Source: an archaeon (GTDB taxonomy: Archaea > EX4484-52 > WAPT01). Taken from it: 64,000 bases of DNA. The notes under the pieces were generated by a model. It had not been told where the DNA came from. It did not search any database and saw nothing but the letters and a program-made list of their open reading frames with translations. Below are positions 18,507 through 28,136 of this stretch, piece after piece. The stretch covers positions 160,001-224,000 of the forward strand of contig JAPDKB010000007.1 of NCBI GenBank assembly GCA_029258795.1, read 5' to 3'. Both the position numbers and the translations under genes were made by a program. Position 1 is the stretch's first letter. Each line of letters starts with the position of its first letter.

Positions 18507-19049
18507 TTGAGCAGGAGAAGACCGAGAAAAAAGCGCGGGAGATTAAACAGCGTTATTGAAAGTTTTGCTTTGCTTGTGTTGCTCGTTGCTGCCATGGCCT
18601 ATCTGGAGGAAGTGGTGCTCATCACAACTCTCATTTTTCTGGCGGCAATCTCGCGAGCATATCTGCGATTCCTGCCATTGCCCGTGGGCTTTGATCTCGT
18701 GCTTCTTGCAGCTTATGTTACCTATCTCAAATTTGGCGCGCTTGCAGGAATGGTGCTTGGGTGTGTGGCTCTGGGGCTAAGCATAGTGGTGGCTGGCGAG
18801 CAAATGGAGCGCAGAATTCCGAGCTTCATTGCGCTCATTCTTGCACTGGCGGTGCTACACGCGATGCACTACGAGAGCACGACAGGGATAGCGGGAGCGT
18901 TCTTTGCCTTCATTTTCAACTGCTTTGCCATGCCCACCTATCTTTTCCTTGGCGCGAGAAAGGAGAATGTGCTGGTCTTTGCAGTCACCCACATCCTGCT
19001 GAACTACTTCATCTTTTCAGCTTTTCTCCCCTTCTTTCTCAAATTCTAA
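18507..19049 (+). CDS. Multi-pass membrane protein
   Basis: About 5-6 hydrophobic helices; start moved to the TTG after a GGTGA RBS because the track's N-terminus overlaps the sRNA. Confidence 0.65.
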   Translation: MSRRRPRKKRGRLNSVIESFALLVLLVAAMAYLEEVVLITTLIFLAAISRAYLRFLPLPVGFDLVLLAAYVTYLKFGALAGMVLGCVALGLSIVVAGEQMERRIPSFIALILALAVLHAMHYESTTGIAGAFFAFIFNCFAMPTYLFLGARKENVLVFAVTHILLNYFIFSAFLPFFLKF

Positions 19050-19673
19050 CCAGATGTTGTCGTTGCTCTCCCAGACTCTGAAGTTTGTGATGCCTGCCTT
19101 TTCTGCAAGCTGCTCAAGCTCTTGCCTGTCGAAGATGTGGTAGTAGAGATCGCGCTTCTTCCCCCATGTAATGACAGCATCCTTAACCTCAGCAGGTAAT
19201 TTCGCAAGCTTTCTCGCGCTCCTGCTCCAGACGGAAAGCAGGGCTTTGCCTCCCTGCTTCAGCACTCTCATGAGCTCGAGAAGCAGCTTGACTCTGCTCT
19301 CTTCATCCGGAATGTGGTGAAGCACAGCAATACATATCGCAACATCGAACGTGTGGCTTCTGAATGGCATCATGCGTGCGTCAGCAATCAGAAAATTGCA
19401 GGCACGCAAAGGTTCTTTAGTTTTTGCAAGTTTTATCAGATTTCTTGCAATATCAAAGCCGATACAGCACGATCCAAGCTCTGCCGCTATTTTCATGTGC
19501 CTGCCATTCCCGCAGCCCGCATCCAGAAATTTTGTGCCACTTCTGACGTTCTTCCTTATGAAATCCTCCACCTCCTGCCAGCACTTCTGCCTTGTTCTGT
19601 CGAAATCAGAAGCTATGGTGTCGTAAGCTTCCCTTACGTGAATTCTGAAGATTCTTTCCGCGCTTTTCTGCAT
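19017..19673 (-). CDS. Class I SAM methyltransferase, Trm9/ALKBH8-like
   Basis: HVREAYDTIASDFDRTR..W..V..F, LDAGCGNGRH, FDVAICIAVLHHI, LLSVW, YYHIF. Confidence 0.75.
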   Translation of the reverse strand: MQKSAERIFRIHVREAYDTIASDFDRTRQKCWQEVEDFIRKNVRSGTKFLDAGCGNGRHMKIAAELGSCCIGFDIARNLIKLAKTKEPLRACNFLIADARMMPFRSHTFDVAICIAVLHHIPDEESRVKLLLELMRVLKQGGKALLSVWSRSARKLAKLPAEVKDAVITWGKKRDLYYHIFDRQELEQLAEKAGITNFRVWESNDNIWLEFEKEGEKS

Positions 19674-19727
19674 GCATTTAAATTTTTGCTCTTCAAATTA
19701 AAAGCTTAGCATGTGCAGGGTGAGCTC

Positions 19728-20198
19728 ATGGAAGAGGGGGAATGCGAGCTTTGCGGGAGATTTGGCAAGCTTGTTGAGATTGAGATCGAGGGAAGCACGC
19801 TTCTTGTTTGCGAGAGATGCGCTGCTTTTGGTGAAAAACCGAAGCAAACTGGTTTGAAGTCAGCTCAAAAACCTGCTGTTTCTGAGCGGGAGATTGTGGA
19901 GGAAGTTGTTGAGAACTATGGCGAAAGGATCAGAAAGGCGAGAGAAGCAAAGGGTATGACTCAGGAAGAGCTGGCTGCAAAATTACAGATAAGGGCCAGC
20001 TTGCTTGCGAAGATAGAAAGGGAGGAGATGATGCCGGAGATCCCGCTGGCAAGAAAGCTTGAAAGAGCGCTGGGAATCAAACTGGTGGAACGTGTTGGTG
20101 AAGGTGGTGTGGAAGGTGAAGCTGAAAGTAAGGACAAAAACAGCTACTCCATGACACTCGGAGATCTCATAAAACTCAAGAAAATGGACAGGGAATGA
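19728..20198 (+). CDS. Multiprotein bridging factor aMBF1
   Basis: CELCG...VCERC Zn ribbon plus HTH (IRKAREAKGMTQEELA), TLGD. Confidence 0.92.
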   Translation: MEEGECELCGRFGKLVEIEIEGSTLLVCERCAAFGEKPKQTGLKSAQKPAVSEREIVEEVVENYGERIRKAREAKGMTQEELAAKLQIRASLLAKIEREEMMPEIPLARKLERALGIKLVERVGEGGVEGEAESKDKNSYSMTLGDLIKLKKMDRE

Positions 20199-20210
20199 AA
20201 AATTACATGG

Positions 20211-20504
20211 TCACTCCAGCTCAATTCTTATGCCTCTGTACTTTCTGGCCACGAAGTTGTAGATGAGAGCAACGATGTAAGCAACAACAAACCCTATGGA
20301 GAAGTAAAGCAGAGGTAAAGTAATCACAACCATGCTTCTTCCGAAAAGCTGGGCGGTCTTGCTGACATAAGGCACAATATAAAGTATTCCTTCAATTCCG
20401 GCGAGGAGCATGAGCGATGCAAGGAATGCCAGAATTCCGAGCACTATTCCTGTCACAATTGCAAGGCTGAAAGCATCTACCTTCTTTATTTCCTTGTACC
20501 GCAT
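20211..20504 (-). CDS. Small two-TM membrane protein (DUF3566-like)
   Basis: EIKKVD..S, two TM helices, ALIYN...GI.IELE. Confidence 0.6.
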   Translation of the reverse strand: MRYKEIKKVDAFSLAIVTGIVLGILAFLASLMLLAGIEGILYIVPYVSKTAQLFGRSMVVITLPLLYFSIGFVVAYIVALIYNFVARKYRGIRIELE

Positions 20505-20586
20505 CGATTTTAAGTTGTGTGGGAAAGAATAAATATCTTTGTTTTTGGATTAAACTCCGTGAAAGGTACAAAACGGTGAAAACTCG

Positions 20587-21060
20587 ATGACCTCCATAAA
20601 ATTCGGCGTCAAAGGTGTGGTTTTCGATGTGGTGGATGGTAAGGTAGTTTATCTTCTCCTTCATCGCATCCTCAACTGGGAGGGGTGGGAGTTTCCGAAA
20701 GGCGGGATGGAAGAAGGAGAGGATGTTTTACAAGCTTTAGTGCGGGAGATTGAGGAGGAGACGGGTCTGGAGGACGTGAAAGTTATCACAGAGCTCCATC
20801 CGGTTGAGTGGAAGACCGAGGATGGTAGGATTTACCGTTACAGACAGTTTCTTGTCAGAGCCGACTCTAGCCAGAGAATCAAACTGCAGGAAGAGCCCGT
20901 CAGAGAGCACGATGATTACAGGTGGACAAGTTATGAAAATGCTCAGAAACTGCTCACATGGGAGAACGACAGAGAAACTTTAAAGGTTGCACACCAACTT
21001 ATCATGGAAATGCTTAAGAAGGGTGAGCTTGAAAATGAGCAGAAGAAAGGAGGAAAGTGA
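20587..21060 (+). CDS. NUDIX hydrolase (Ap4A hydrolase-like)
   Basis: WEFPKGGMEEGE...REIEEETGL Nudix box, EHDDYRW. Confidence 0.9.
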   Translation: MTSIKFGVKGVVFDVVDGKVVYLLLHRILNWEGWEFPKGGMEEGEDVLQALVREIEEETGLEDVKVITELHPVEWKTEDGRIYRYRQFLVRADSSQRIKLQEEPVREHDDYRWTSYENAQKLLTWENDRETLKVAHQLIMEMLKKGELENEQKKGGK

Positions 21061-22675
21061 AGCTCTTTTCTGGGCTGACGCGATAGCGAGAGAGATAGTT
21101 ACGAGAAAAAAGTACAGGTATGTGGATAAGGAGATAGAATTACCCAAAAAGCTGGTGGTGAAGACATCAGCATCCATTTCGGGAGTGCTGCACATAGGCA
21201 GGCTCAGCGATACCGTGAGGGGAGAGGCGGTTGTCCGCGCTTTAAGGGATGCTGGCTACGATGCTGAATTGATATGGGTCGCCGAAGACATGGATCCGCT
21301 GCGCAAGATTCCGGAAGGTGTGCCGAAAGAGTATGAGGAGTATATAGGCATGCCGGTAAGTGATATTCCTGATCCTTGGGGGTGTCATGATAGCTACGCG
21401 GAGCACCACAAGCTCAACTATTTTGAAACGCTGGACGAGTTTGTTGGGGTGGAGATGCCGAAATATTCCATGAGGGAGGAGTACAGAAAGGGTAACTTCA
21501 ATCCCTTCATAAAGATGCTGATGGAGAAAGTGGAGCTTGTCAAAGAAATTCAAAACAAGTACCGCACCAATCCTTTGCCTGCTGGCTGGAGTCCTTGGGT
21601 ACCCATCTGTGAGAACTGCGGCAAGATAATAACTCCTCGCGTTATAGGAATTGAGGATGGTAAGGTGCATTACATTTGTCAGGACTACAGCTTTGAGAAG
21701 TACACTGCCAAAGGGTGTGGGTATGAAGGCTATGCTGATCCCATGAGCGGGAACGGAAAGCTGATGTGGAAGAGCGAGTGGGCAGCTCAGTGGGCAAGAT
21801 GGAAGGTTGTTGCAGAGGGAGCCGGTAAGGAATATCAGGTGCCATCCAGCGCTTTCTGGGTGAATGCTGAGATAGTGGAGAGAGTGCTTGACTTTCCCTC
21901 TCCTGTGCCCATATTCTACGAGCACATCATGATAGATGGACAGAAGATGTCCGCCTCTCTCGGCAACGTTATCTATCCGCGGGACTGGCTGGAGGTTGCG
22001 AGGCCTGAAGTGTTGCGATACTTCTACTGCAAGAAGCTTATGAAGACCAGAAGCTTCTCGTGGCGTTTGCTCCCTAACCTGTATGATGAGTTCGACTGGG
22101 TTGCGAGAATCTATCACAACATGGAGAAGGTGGATAATGAAAGGGAGGAAAAACACTTGAAAAGGCTTTACGAGATGTCGATGGTAAGAGATGTTCTCCC
22201 TGTTGTGCCATTATCTTACAGTCACGCAGCTATGATAGCTCAGCTATTCAGAAACGAGAATGATGTTATCAGAGCATTGCAGAGAACAGGACATTATGAT
22301 GAAAGCATGAAAGATCTCATTCTAGAAAGGGTAAAGCACGCAGGAAGGTGGGTGAGGAAGTACGCCCCTCCCGAATACAGGTTTGAGGTGCAGGAGAGGG
22401 TTAAGGATGAAATCAAAGCCATGCTTGAAGGGAAGGAAAGGGATGCGATGGTTGAGCTTGCCGAGCTTCTGAAGAGCGGAAAAAGCTGGAACGAAGAGGA
22501 GCTCAAAAACACGTTTGCCGAGATCATGGAGAAGCACGGGCTTGATGCGAAGAGATTCTTCAGAGCGTTTTATCTATGCGTGCTCGGAAAGGAAAGAGGG
22601 CCGAGGGCCACGACTTTGATCATGAGCTTAACGCCCAAAAAAGTCGCTTCCATTCTTTCGAGCTTGAAGGAATAA
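21035..22675 (+). CDS. lysS: Lysyl-tRNA synthetase, class I
   Basis: FWAD, SGVLHIG, DMDPLRKIP, CENCGK, KMSASLGN, GKERGPR. Confidence 0.95.
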   Translation: MSRRKEESEALFWADAIAREIVTRKKYRYVDKEIELPKKLVVKTSASISGVLHIGRLSDTVRGEAVVRALRDAGYDAELIWVAEDMDPLRKIPEGVPKEYEEYIGMPVSDIPDPWGCHDSYAEHHKLNYFETLDEFVGVEMPKYSMREEYRKGNFNPFIKMLMEKVELVKEIQNKYRTNPLPAGWSPWVPICENCGKIITPRVIGIEDGKVHYICQDYSFEKYTAKGCGYEGYADPMSGNGKLMWKSEWAAQWARWKVVAEGAGKEYQVPSSAFWVNAEIVERVLDFPSPVPIFYEHIMIDGQKMSASLGNVIYPRDWLEVARPEVLRYFYCKKLMKTRSFSWRLLPNLYDEFDWVARIYHNMEKVDNEREEKHLKRLYEMSMVRDVLPVVPLSYSHAAMIAQLFRNENDVIRALQRTGHYDESMKDLILERVKHAGRWVRKYAPPEYRFEVQERVKDEIKAMLEGKERDAMVELAELLKSGKSWNEEELKNTFAEIMEKHGLDAKRFFRAFYLCVLGKERGPRATTLIMSLTPKKVASILSSLKE

Positions 22676-22710
22676 AACATAGTTGTTAAAAATGGGAGAT
22701 ATAGAGTCAA

Positions 22711-23535
22711 TCACTTTTCTTCTTTCTTTGCTTCTTCCTTCTTCCGCTTTTCAACCCTCTTCTTTCCAACCTGTTTTATGACGCGCACCATTTTGATTAG
22801 CTCTTCCTCTGGTTCTTTCGACTTCTCGACCAGCGTACCCGTAACTATTATGTCTGCTCCTGCCTTCACGAGTTTTGTCGCCTCCTTGGGCTTCTTAACT
22901 CCTCCACCCACAATGATGGGCACGGACACAACTTTTCTGACCCTTTCAACCATCTTCGGCTCAACTGGCTCCTCAGCTCCAGAGCCAGCTTCAAGATAAA
23001 CGAACCTCATACCCAGATACTGGCCTGCGAGAGCATAAGCCGCGGCTATATCCGGCTTTTTGCGCGGGATGGGTTTTGCATCCCCGATGAAGGACACAGT
23101 TCCACCGGGCTCTATAATTATGTATGCCATCGGGATGGGCTCAATACCAAGCTTCTTGACTATGGGCGCACCTAAAGCTTGAGCTCCGCTGATCCAGTAA
23201 GTGTTTCTGGAGTTGAGCAAGCTCATGAAGAATATGGCGTCTGCATACCTTGTAACATTATCCACGTTGCCGGGGAAAATTATGAGCGGCTTGGTCGTTG
23301 TTTCTTTGATTGTCTTCACAACACGCTCCGCAGACATCGTTCCAACTCCGAGGGATCCGCCCACCAGAAAAGCGTCACTCCCTGCATTATCCGCTGCTTC
23401 AACGATCTTACGCACGAGGTAAGGGTCGTCGTACTCGGGATCGAGGAGGGTGAAGTGCAGTGCGCCTTCCTTCTCAAGCTTATCCATCAGGTACTTCTCA
23501 ACCCTCCCAATCGAAATGCTCTGCATGAAAATCAC
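22711..23535 (-). CDS. Geranylgeranylglyceryl phosphate synthase
   Basis: HFTLLDP, VGGS, FPG, FMSLLNS, YLEAGSGA, VGGG, VTGT (PcrB/GGGPS). Confidence 0.93.
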   Translation of the reverse strand: MIFMQSISIGRVEKYLMDKLEKEGALHFTLLDPEYDDPYLVRKIVEAADNAGSDAFLVGGSLGVGTMSAERVVKTIKETTTKPLIIFPGNVDNVTRYADAIFFMSLLNSRNTYWISGAQALGAPIVKKLGIEPIPMAYIIIEPGGTVSFIGDAKPIPRKKPDIAAAYALAGQYLGMRFVYLEAGSGAEEPVEPKMVERVRKVVSVPIIVGGGVKKPKEATKLVKAGADIIVTGTLVEKSKEPEEELIKMVRVIKQVGKKRVEKRKKEEAKKEEK

Positions 23536-23656
23536 ATGCGGGCCATTGTGGTATTTCGGGCTTATATAATCGAGCAGTTAAATTTTAAAAATTATTCCTT
23601 CCAAAAGTTAAGAGTCAAAAGCGCTTTTACCGTATCACATTTTTTGGGTGGTGTTG

Positions 23657-24217
23657 ATGGGATTGAGACCTGCAAGGTGTTACAGGGCATGGGAGAGACC
23701 TTACACAAGAGTGGCGATAAGAGTTCCGAAAAAAGCTTACATAAAGGGTGTGCCCGGCATAAAATTAAGAATATTTGAGATGGGAACCAAACATAATGAA
23801 TACACGAAAGCTGTGCACCTTGTTACTGAAGACAGGGTGCAGGTAAGGCACAACGCGCTTGAATCAGCGAGAGTTGCGGCAAACAGCTACATGAGGAAGA
23901 GAGTTGGAGATAAGAACTATTTCATGAAGATCAGGATTTACCCGCATCATGTGCTCAGAGAGCATGCTCAGGCGGCTGTTGCTCAGGCAGACAGATATTA
24001 TCAGGGTATGCGCAGACCCTTTGGTAAGCCGACGGGAAGGGCTGCACAGGTGGATAAAAATCAGAAGATAATGACGATATGGACCACAGACGAATTTGTG
24101 AATCAGGCTAAAATAGCAATGAAGAGGGCCGGTTACAAGATTCCCGGCTCAACAAAGGTTGTGGTGGAAGAGTGGAGCGGGCCTATAGACAAGCCCCTCG
24201 CCGGCTCTACCAATTAA
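23657..24217 (+). CDS. rpl10e: 50S ribosomal protein L10e (uL16)
   Basis: RPARCYR, RHNALESARV, YPHHVLRE, ADR..QGMR.PFGKP.G. Confidence 0.96.
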   Translation: MGLRPARCYRAWERPYTRVAIRVPKKAYIKGVPGIKLRIFEMGTKHNEYTKAVHLVTEDRVQVRHNALESARVAANSYMRKRVGDKNYFMKIRIYPHHVLREHAQAAVAQADRYYQGMRRPFGKPTGRAAQVDKNQKIMTIWTTDEFVNQAKIAMKRAGYKIPGSTKVVVEEWSGPIDKPLAGSTN

Positions 24218-24232
24218 AGGGCTTGTTCTGGG

Positions 24233-25024
24233 GTGAAGAACATCAGGAGATACGAGGAGTGGCCGGAGAAAGGAGAACTTGTAATGGTTAAGATAGTGGA
24301 AGTCAGGCCAAACAGCGCGATTGTGGAGCTTGAGGAGTATCCGGGAAAGAAAGGTATGATACACATCTCCGAGATTTCTTCCAGATGGATAAAGAACATA
24401 AGGGATTTCGTTAGAGAGGGTCAGAAATGGGTCGCGAAGGTGCTTGAAGTTGATAAGGACAGGAAGCACATCACACTATCCATTAAGAGAGTAAGCCCCT
24501 CCGCCAGAAGAGAGAAGCAAAAGGAGTACAATAACGAAATAAAAGCTGAAAAATGGCTGAAGATGATCGCAAAACAGCTCGGTAAGGATGAAAACAGGAT
24601 TTATGAAGAGATCGGATTCCTGCTCCAGAAAAAGTTTGATCTCATGTATGCTGCATTTGAAATAGCCAAAGAAGAAGGTAAGGAAGCTCTCATCAAGGAA
24701 GGTGTGCCTACAGACTGGGCTGAAAAGATGGAGGAATTCGCCAAGGAATACATAAAGGAGAAGGAGGTTGTGATCAGGAGGGAGCTTGAAATAATGAGCA
24801 AGGACGGAAGAGGAATAAAATGGGTTAGGGAGGCTCTGCTCAAGCACGGAAAGGGTGAACGGCTTGAGTTAAAATACATATCATCTCCTGTTTATTACAT
24901 AAGGATAAAGGGCAGGGACTACAAAGAATGTGAAAAGTTACTGAAAGATTTTGTTGGGAAAGTGGACGAAGATCTGCGGAAGCATGCAGGACACTGTAAA
25001 CTGGTGGGAGAAATAGAAGAATGA
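24233..25024 (+). CDS. eif2a: Translation initiation factor aIF-2 alpha subunit
   Basis: S1 domain LEEY..K.GMIHISEISSRWIKNIRD, LSIKRV, YISSPVY. Confidence 0.93.
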   Translation: MKNIRRYEEWPEKGELVMVKIVEVRPNSAIVELEEYPGKKGMIHISEISSRWIKNIRDFVREGQKWVAKVLEVDKDRKHITLSIKRVSPSARREKQKEYNNEIKAEKWLKMIAKQLGKDENRIYEEIGFLLQKKFDLMYAAFEIAKEEGKEALIKEGVPTDWAEKMEEFAKEYIKEKEVVIRRELEIMSKDGRGIKWVREALLKHGKGERLELKYISSPVYYIRIKGRDYKECEKLLKDFVGKVDEDLRKHAGHCKLVGEIEE

Positions 25025-25042
25025 GCACAAATGTGAAGCGAG

Positions 25043-25204
25043 ATGCCGCACATTTATAAATGTTTGAACTGTAATGAATACACACTGAAGGAAAAGTGTC
25101 CGAGATGCGGTGCCCAAACCGCTAAAGCTCAACCGCCCCGCTTTTCGCCAGAAGACAAATACGGCAAGTGGAGGCGGATGGCAAAACAAGACCATGGTGG
25201 TTGA
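25043..25204 (+). CDS. nop10: RNP protein Nop10 (missed by ORF track)
   Basis: MPHIYKCLNCNEYTLKEKCPRCG...PPRFSPEDKYGKWRR; canonical position after aIF2-alpha. Confidence 0.93.
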   Translation: MPHIYKCLNCNEYTLKEKCPRCGAQTAKAQPPRFSPEDKYGKWRRMAKQDHGG

Positions 25205-26050
25205 ATGGCGGAAAAAATAAAGGATGTGTACGATGGTACTTTTAGGGAACACGGCACATTTATCAGGTGGTTGAAGAAGCCCAAACTCAAGGACCCTGTG
25301 TTCATTCAGGGTCTTCCCGGCATAGGTTATGTTGGAAGGAACGCTGCCGGCTATCTAGTTGATGAGCTGGGGGCAGAAAAGTTTGCCGAACTTTATTCTT
25401 ATCATTTTCCTCATGTCGTTCTCGTTGACCCTGAAAGGAAAGGGGTGATAAGAGAGATAAAGAATGAGTTCTTTTACTGGAAAGCCAGGAAAAAGGGACA
25501 GCGCGACCTCATAATCCTTATCGGGGATGCGCAGAGCATGGATCCTAAAGGTCATTACCTCATAGCGGAGAAGATAGTGGATGTTGTGGAATCCCTCGGC
25601 GTGAAGGAAGTGATAACGCTTGGCGGCTTTGGAACGGGTGAGCTGATTGAGGGAGAACCCAAGGTTTATGGAGCTGCAATAAGCGAGGGAGATATGAAGC
25701 CGTTTGAGAAGCTGGGTGTGCAGTTCAAGGATACTGCCATAGGCCAGATAATCGGCGGAGCAGGCCTTGTTCTTGCTGTTGCGAAGCACCGTGGGATGAA
25801 GGGTGTGTGTTTGATGGGAGAGACATCCGGCATGCTTGTCTCAGATCCCAAGGCAACGGAAGCCGTGCTTAAAGTGCTCGATAAGCTCTATAATCTTGGA
25901 CTTGACTTCTCCAAGATAGAAGAACGTGTGAAGGAACTCGATAAAATCATAAAGAAGATGGAGACGCTGCAGGAACAGCTGCTGGCTTCACTCCTGCAAC
26001 CCAAGAAAGAAAAGAAAGAAGAGGAGAAGGACTTGCAATACATAGGGTGA
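25205..26050 (+). CDS. PAC2-family (proteasome assembly chaperone-like) protein
   Basis: GLPGIGYVG, GDAQS, ITLGG, CLMGET, DPKA. Confidence 0.9.
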   Translation: MAEKIKDVYDGTFREHGTFIRWLKKPKLKDPVFIQGLPGIGYVGRNAAGYLVDELGAEKFAELYSYHFPHVVLVDPERKGVIREIKNEFFYWKARKKGQRDLIILIGDAQSMDPKGHYLIAEKIVDVVESLGVKEVITLGGFGTGELIEGEPKVYGAAISEGDMKPFEKLGVQFKDTAIGQIIGGAGLVLAVAKHRGMKGVCLMGETSGMLVSDPKATEAVLKVLDKLYNLGLDFSKIEERVKELDKIIKKMETLQEQLLASLLQPKKEKKEEEKDLQYIG

Positions 26051-26124
26051 ACTGAGTGGCTGTGGAATCTAAAAAAGGTCATGCTTATACGTGCGTGTCC
26101 AGAAGTGGTGAGTGGTGGTGTGAA

Positions 26125-26322
26125 ATGGAGGAATACAACAGATATGAGAGAGCGAGAATAATTGCCGCAAGGGCACTTCAGCTATCCATGGGTGCACTGC
26201 CTTTGATAAAAACAAAAGAAATCGACCCCATAAAGATCGCAAGAATGGAGTTTGAGAAGGGCGTGCTACCAATAACCATCATAAACAAGAGCGAGCGCAA
26301 GACGCTCGGGTGGTTCTTCTAG
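26125..26322 (+). CDS. rpo6: RNA polymerase subunit Rpo6 (K)
   Basis: [30 protein letters not shown]. Confidence 0.93.
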   Translation: MEEYNRYERARIIAARALQLSMGALPLIKTKEIDPIKIARMEFEKGVLPITIINKSERKTLGWFF

Positions 26323-26390
26323 TTCCAAAAACTTTAAAAAAGTGTGCATTCATTTTAACGATGTTCAAGTAACAAGCGGGTGAGATATGG

Positions 26391-27065
26391 ATGGCTGAGA
26401 AAGGTAAGGAAGTGCAGCAAGTACAACAGCAGGGAAATAGTGGTGATACTCAACAGGACATGCTTGTACCTCTCAACACGTATCTGGCTGCGGGAATCCA
26501 TATTGGTATGAGGTTCCGCGTCAAATACATGAAAAAGTTCATTTATAAGGTAAGGCCCAACAGAATATGCGTTTTCGATGTTCAGAAGATAGATGAGAGG
26601 TTGAGGATTGCCGCAAAATTCCTTGCAAAATACAAGCCGGAAGATATTCTGGTTGTGGGAAGGAAGCCAAATTCCCACAAGCCCGTGGTCAAGTTCGCTG
26701 AGGCAACTGGGGCAAAAGCGGTCTACGGCAGATTCATGCCGGGAGCCCTCACCAACCCCTATCAGGAAGTTTATCTTGAGCCAAAGATAGTTGTGATCAC
26801 GGACCCCATAGCTGACAGGCAGGCGCTGGAAGAAGCGGTCAAGAGCAACATACCGGTGATAGCGTTGTGCGATAGTTTCAACCACCCATCCAACGTTGAT
26901 CTGGTTATTCCGTGCAACAACAAAGGAAGGAAATCTCTGGCTCTGATTTACTGGATTCTTGCGAGGGAGTATCTCAAGGAAAGAGGTACGATTAAAGGAG
27001 ATGCGGAGTTCAAGTACAGCCTGGATGACTTCATAATGCCCGTAGAACAGCATCAGAATGAATAA
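26391..27065 (+). CDS. rps2: 30S ribosomal protein S2 (uS2)
   Basis: YLAAGIHIG, GRFMPGALTNP, DP..D.QA, IPCNNKGRKSL. Confidence 0.96.
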   Translation: MAEKGKEVQQVQQQGNSGDTQQDMLVPLNTYLAAGIHIGMRFRVKYMKKFIYKVRPNRICVFDVQKIDERLRIAAKFLAKYKPEDILVVGRKPNSHKPVVKFAEATGAKAVYGRFMPGALTNPYQEVYLEPKIVVITDPIADRQALEEAVKSNIPVIALCDSFNHPSNVDLVIPCNNKGRKSLALIYWILAREYLKERGTIKGDAEFKYSLDDFIMPVEQHQNE

Positions 27066-27091
27066 AAAGCTTCGAATTCTCATCTCAGTGA

Positions 27092-27556
27092 ATGATAGAA
27101 TACATTTTCAGCTCACCAACAGTGAGGGTTGCGGTTCTTGCTTCTCTTCCTTTTAGCGAGAATAGGGGTGCTATTATCTATGGCGTGGCTTCAGGCATGA
27201 ACCCTTTGTTAACTTACGTTGTCTCATGCACTTTCAACATCCTTGCTGTCATTCTTGTCTACTGGATCGTCACCAATTCCTTTGTGGGAAAGCTTCTCCA
27301 TAAGATTTTTCAAAAGCACATAGAGAAGAAAATAGCAGGTAATAAAGAAAAACTGGAAAAGTATGAGGAGCTTGCTCTTCTCATTTTCGTTGCTGTGCCG
27401 TTTGTAGGTACTGGCGGCTATACAGGACTTTTAATTGCTTCATTTCTCGGTCTGGATTTCAAAAAGAGTTCTGTGGTAATTTCAGCGGGGATATTGATCG
27501 CTGGACTGATAACTTTACTGGCCTCACTCGGATTCAGATTCGTTACAGTAGGGTGA
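27092..27556 (+). CDS. Small multidrug export-like membrane protein (COG2426)
   Basis: LPFSENRGAI, FVAVP..GTGGYTG. Confidence 0.8.
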   Translation: MIEYIFSSPTVRVAVLASLPFSENRGAIIYGVASGMNPLLTYVVSCTFNILAVILVYWIVTNSFVGKLLHKIFQKHIEKKIAGNKEKLEKYEELALLIFVAVPFVGTGGYTGLLIASFLGLDFKKSSVVISAGILIAGLITLLASLGFRFVTVG

Positions 27557-27578
27557 AGTGGAAGAAAGAAAATCCACT

Positions 27579-28118
27579 TCACTCGAATATCTCGAATTCA
27601 CATCTGTCATGGCCTGCAGCCATACACTTGACCTCTCTGACGTCAAGCTGCTTTTTGAACAGCTCTGAAAGGAACCCTGCAAAAAGTCCTGAAAGGTAAT
27701 AACATGTTTTTGTTTTCTCTCCTATGTTCTTGCTCCACATGTCTGCTGTTGGTGATGAAGGCACGATGATTTTCTCACCATCAAATGTTATCTTGGAATA
27801 ACCGGAATACATCAGGAACCCGAAAAACTTTCCTATGGTGTCTTCCACACTTTCGCCCTCCACATGATGTGCCTTGAAATATTCCTTTCCAGCTTCCACT
27901 CCTATGTTGTACAGTATTCCCCCTCCTGTAGGGCCAACATACTCCTTCAGTATTTTGAGCACCTCTGCCATGAAGTAGTCGGCACCCATCAGCACCAATC
28001 TCTTACCATTCACTATAAAGTTACCGTTGGTATCGCCATGCGCCTTCAGGCCCACAAGCCTCTTGAACTCACCATCCCTTATCTTTTCTATTTTTTTGGT
28101 GTCGAACTCCATAACCAT
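27579..28118 (-). CDS. Stand-alone V4R (4-vinyl reductase) domain protein
   Basis: GKRLVL, ILYNIG..AGK, TCYYLSGLFAG, EVKCMAAGHDRCEF. Confidence 0.85.
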   Translation of the reverse strand: MVMEFDTKKIEKIRDGEFKRLVGLKAHGDTNGNFIVNGKRLVLMGADYFMAEVLKILKEYVGPTGGGILYNIGVEAGKEYFKAHHVEGESVEDTIGKFFGFLMYSGYSKITFDGEKIIVPSSPTADMWSKNIGEKTKTCYYLSGLFAGFLSELFKKQLDVREVKCMAAGHDRCEFEIFE

Positions 28119-28136
28119 TTACCTCACCTCCATTCA

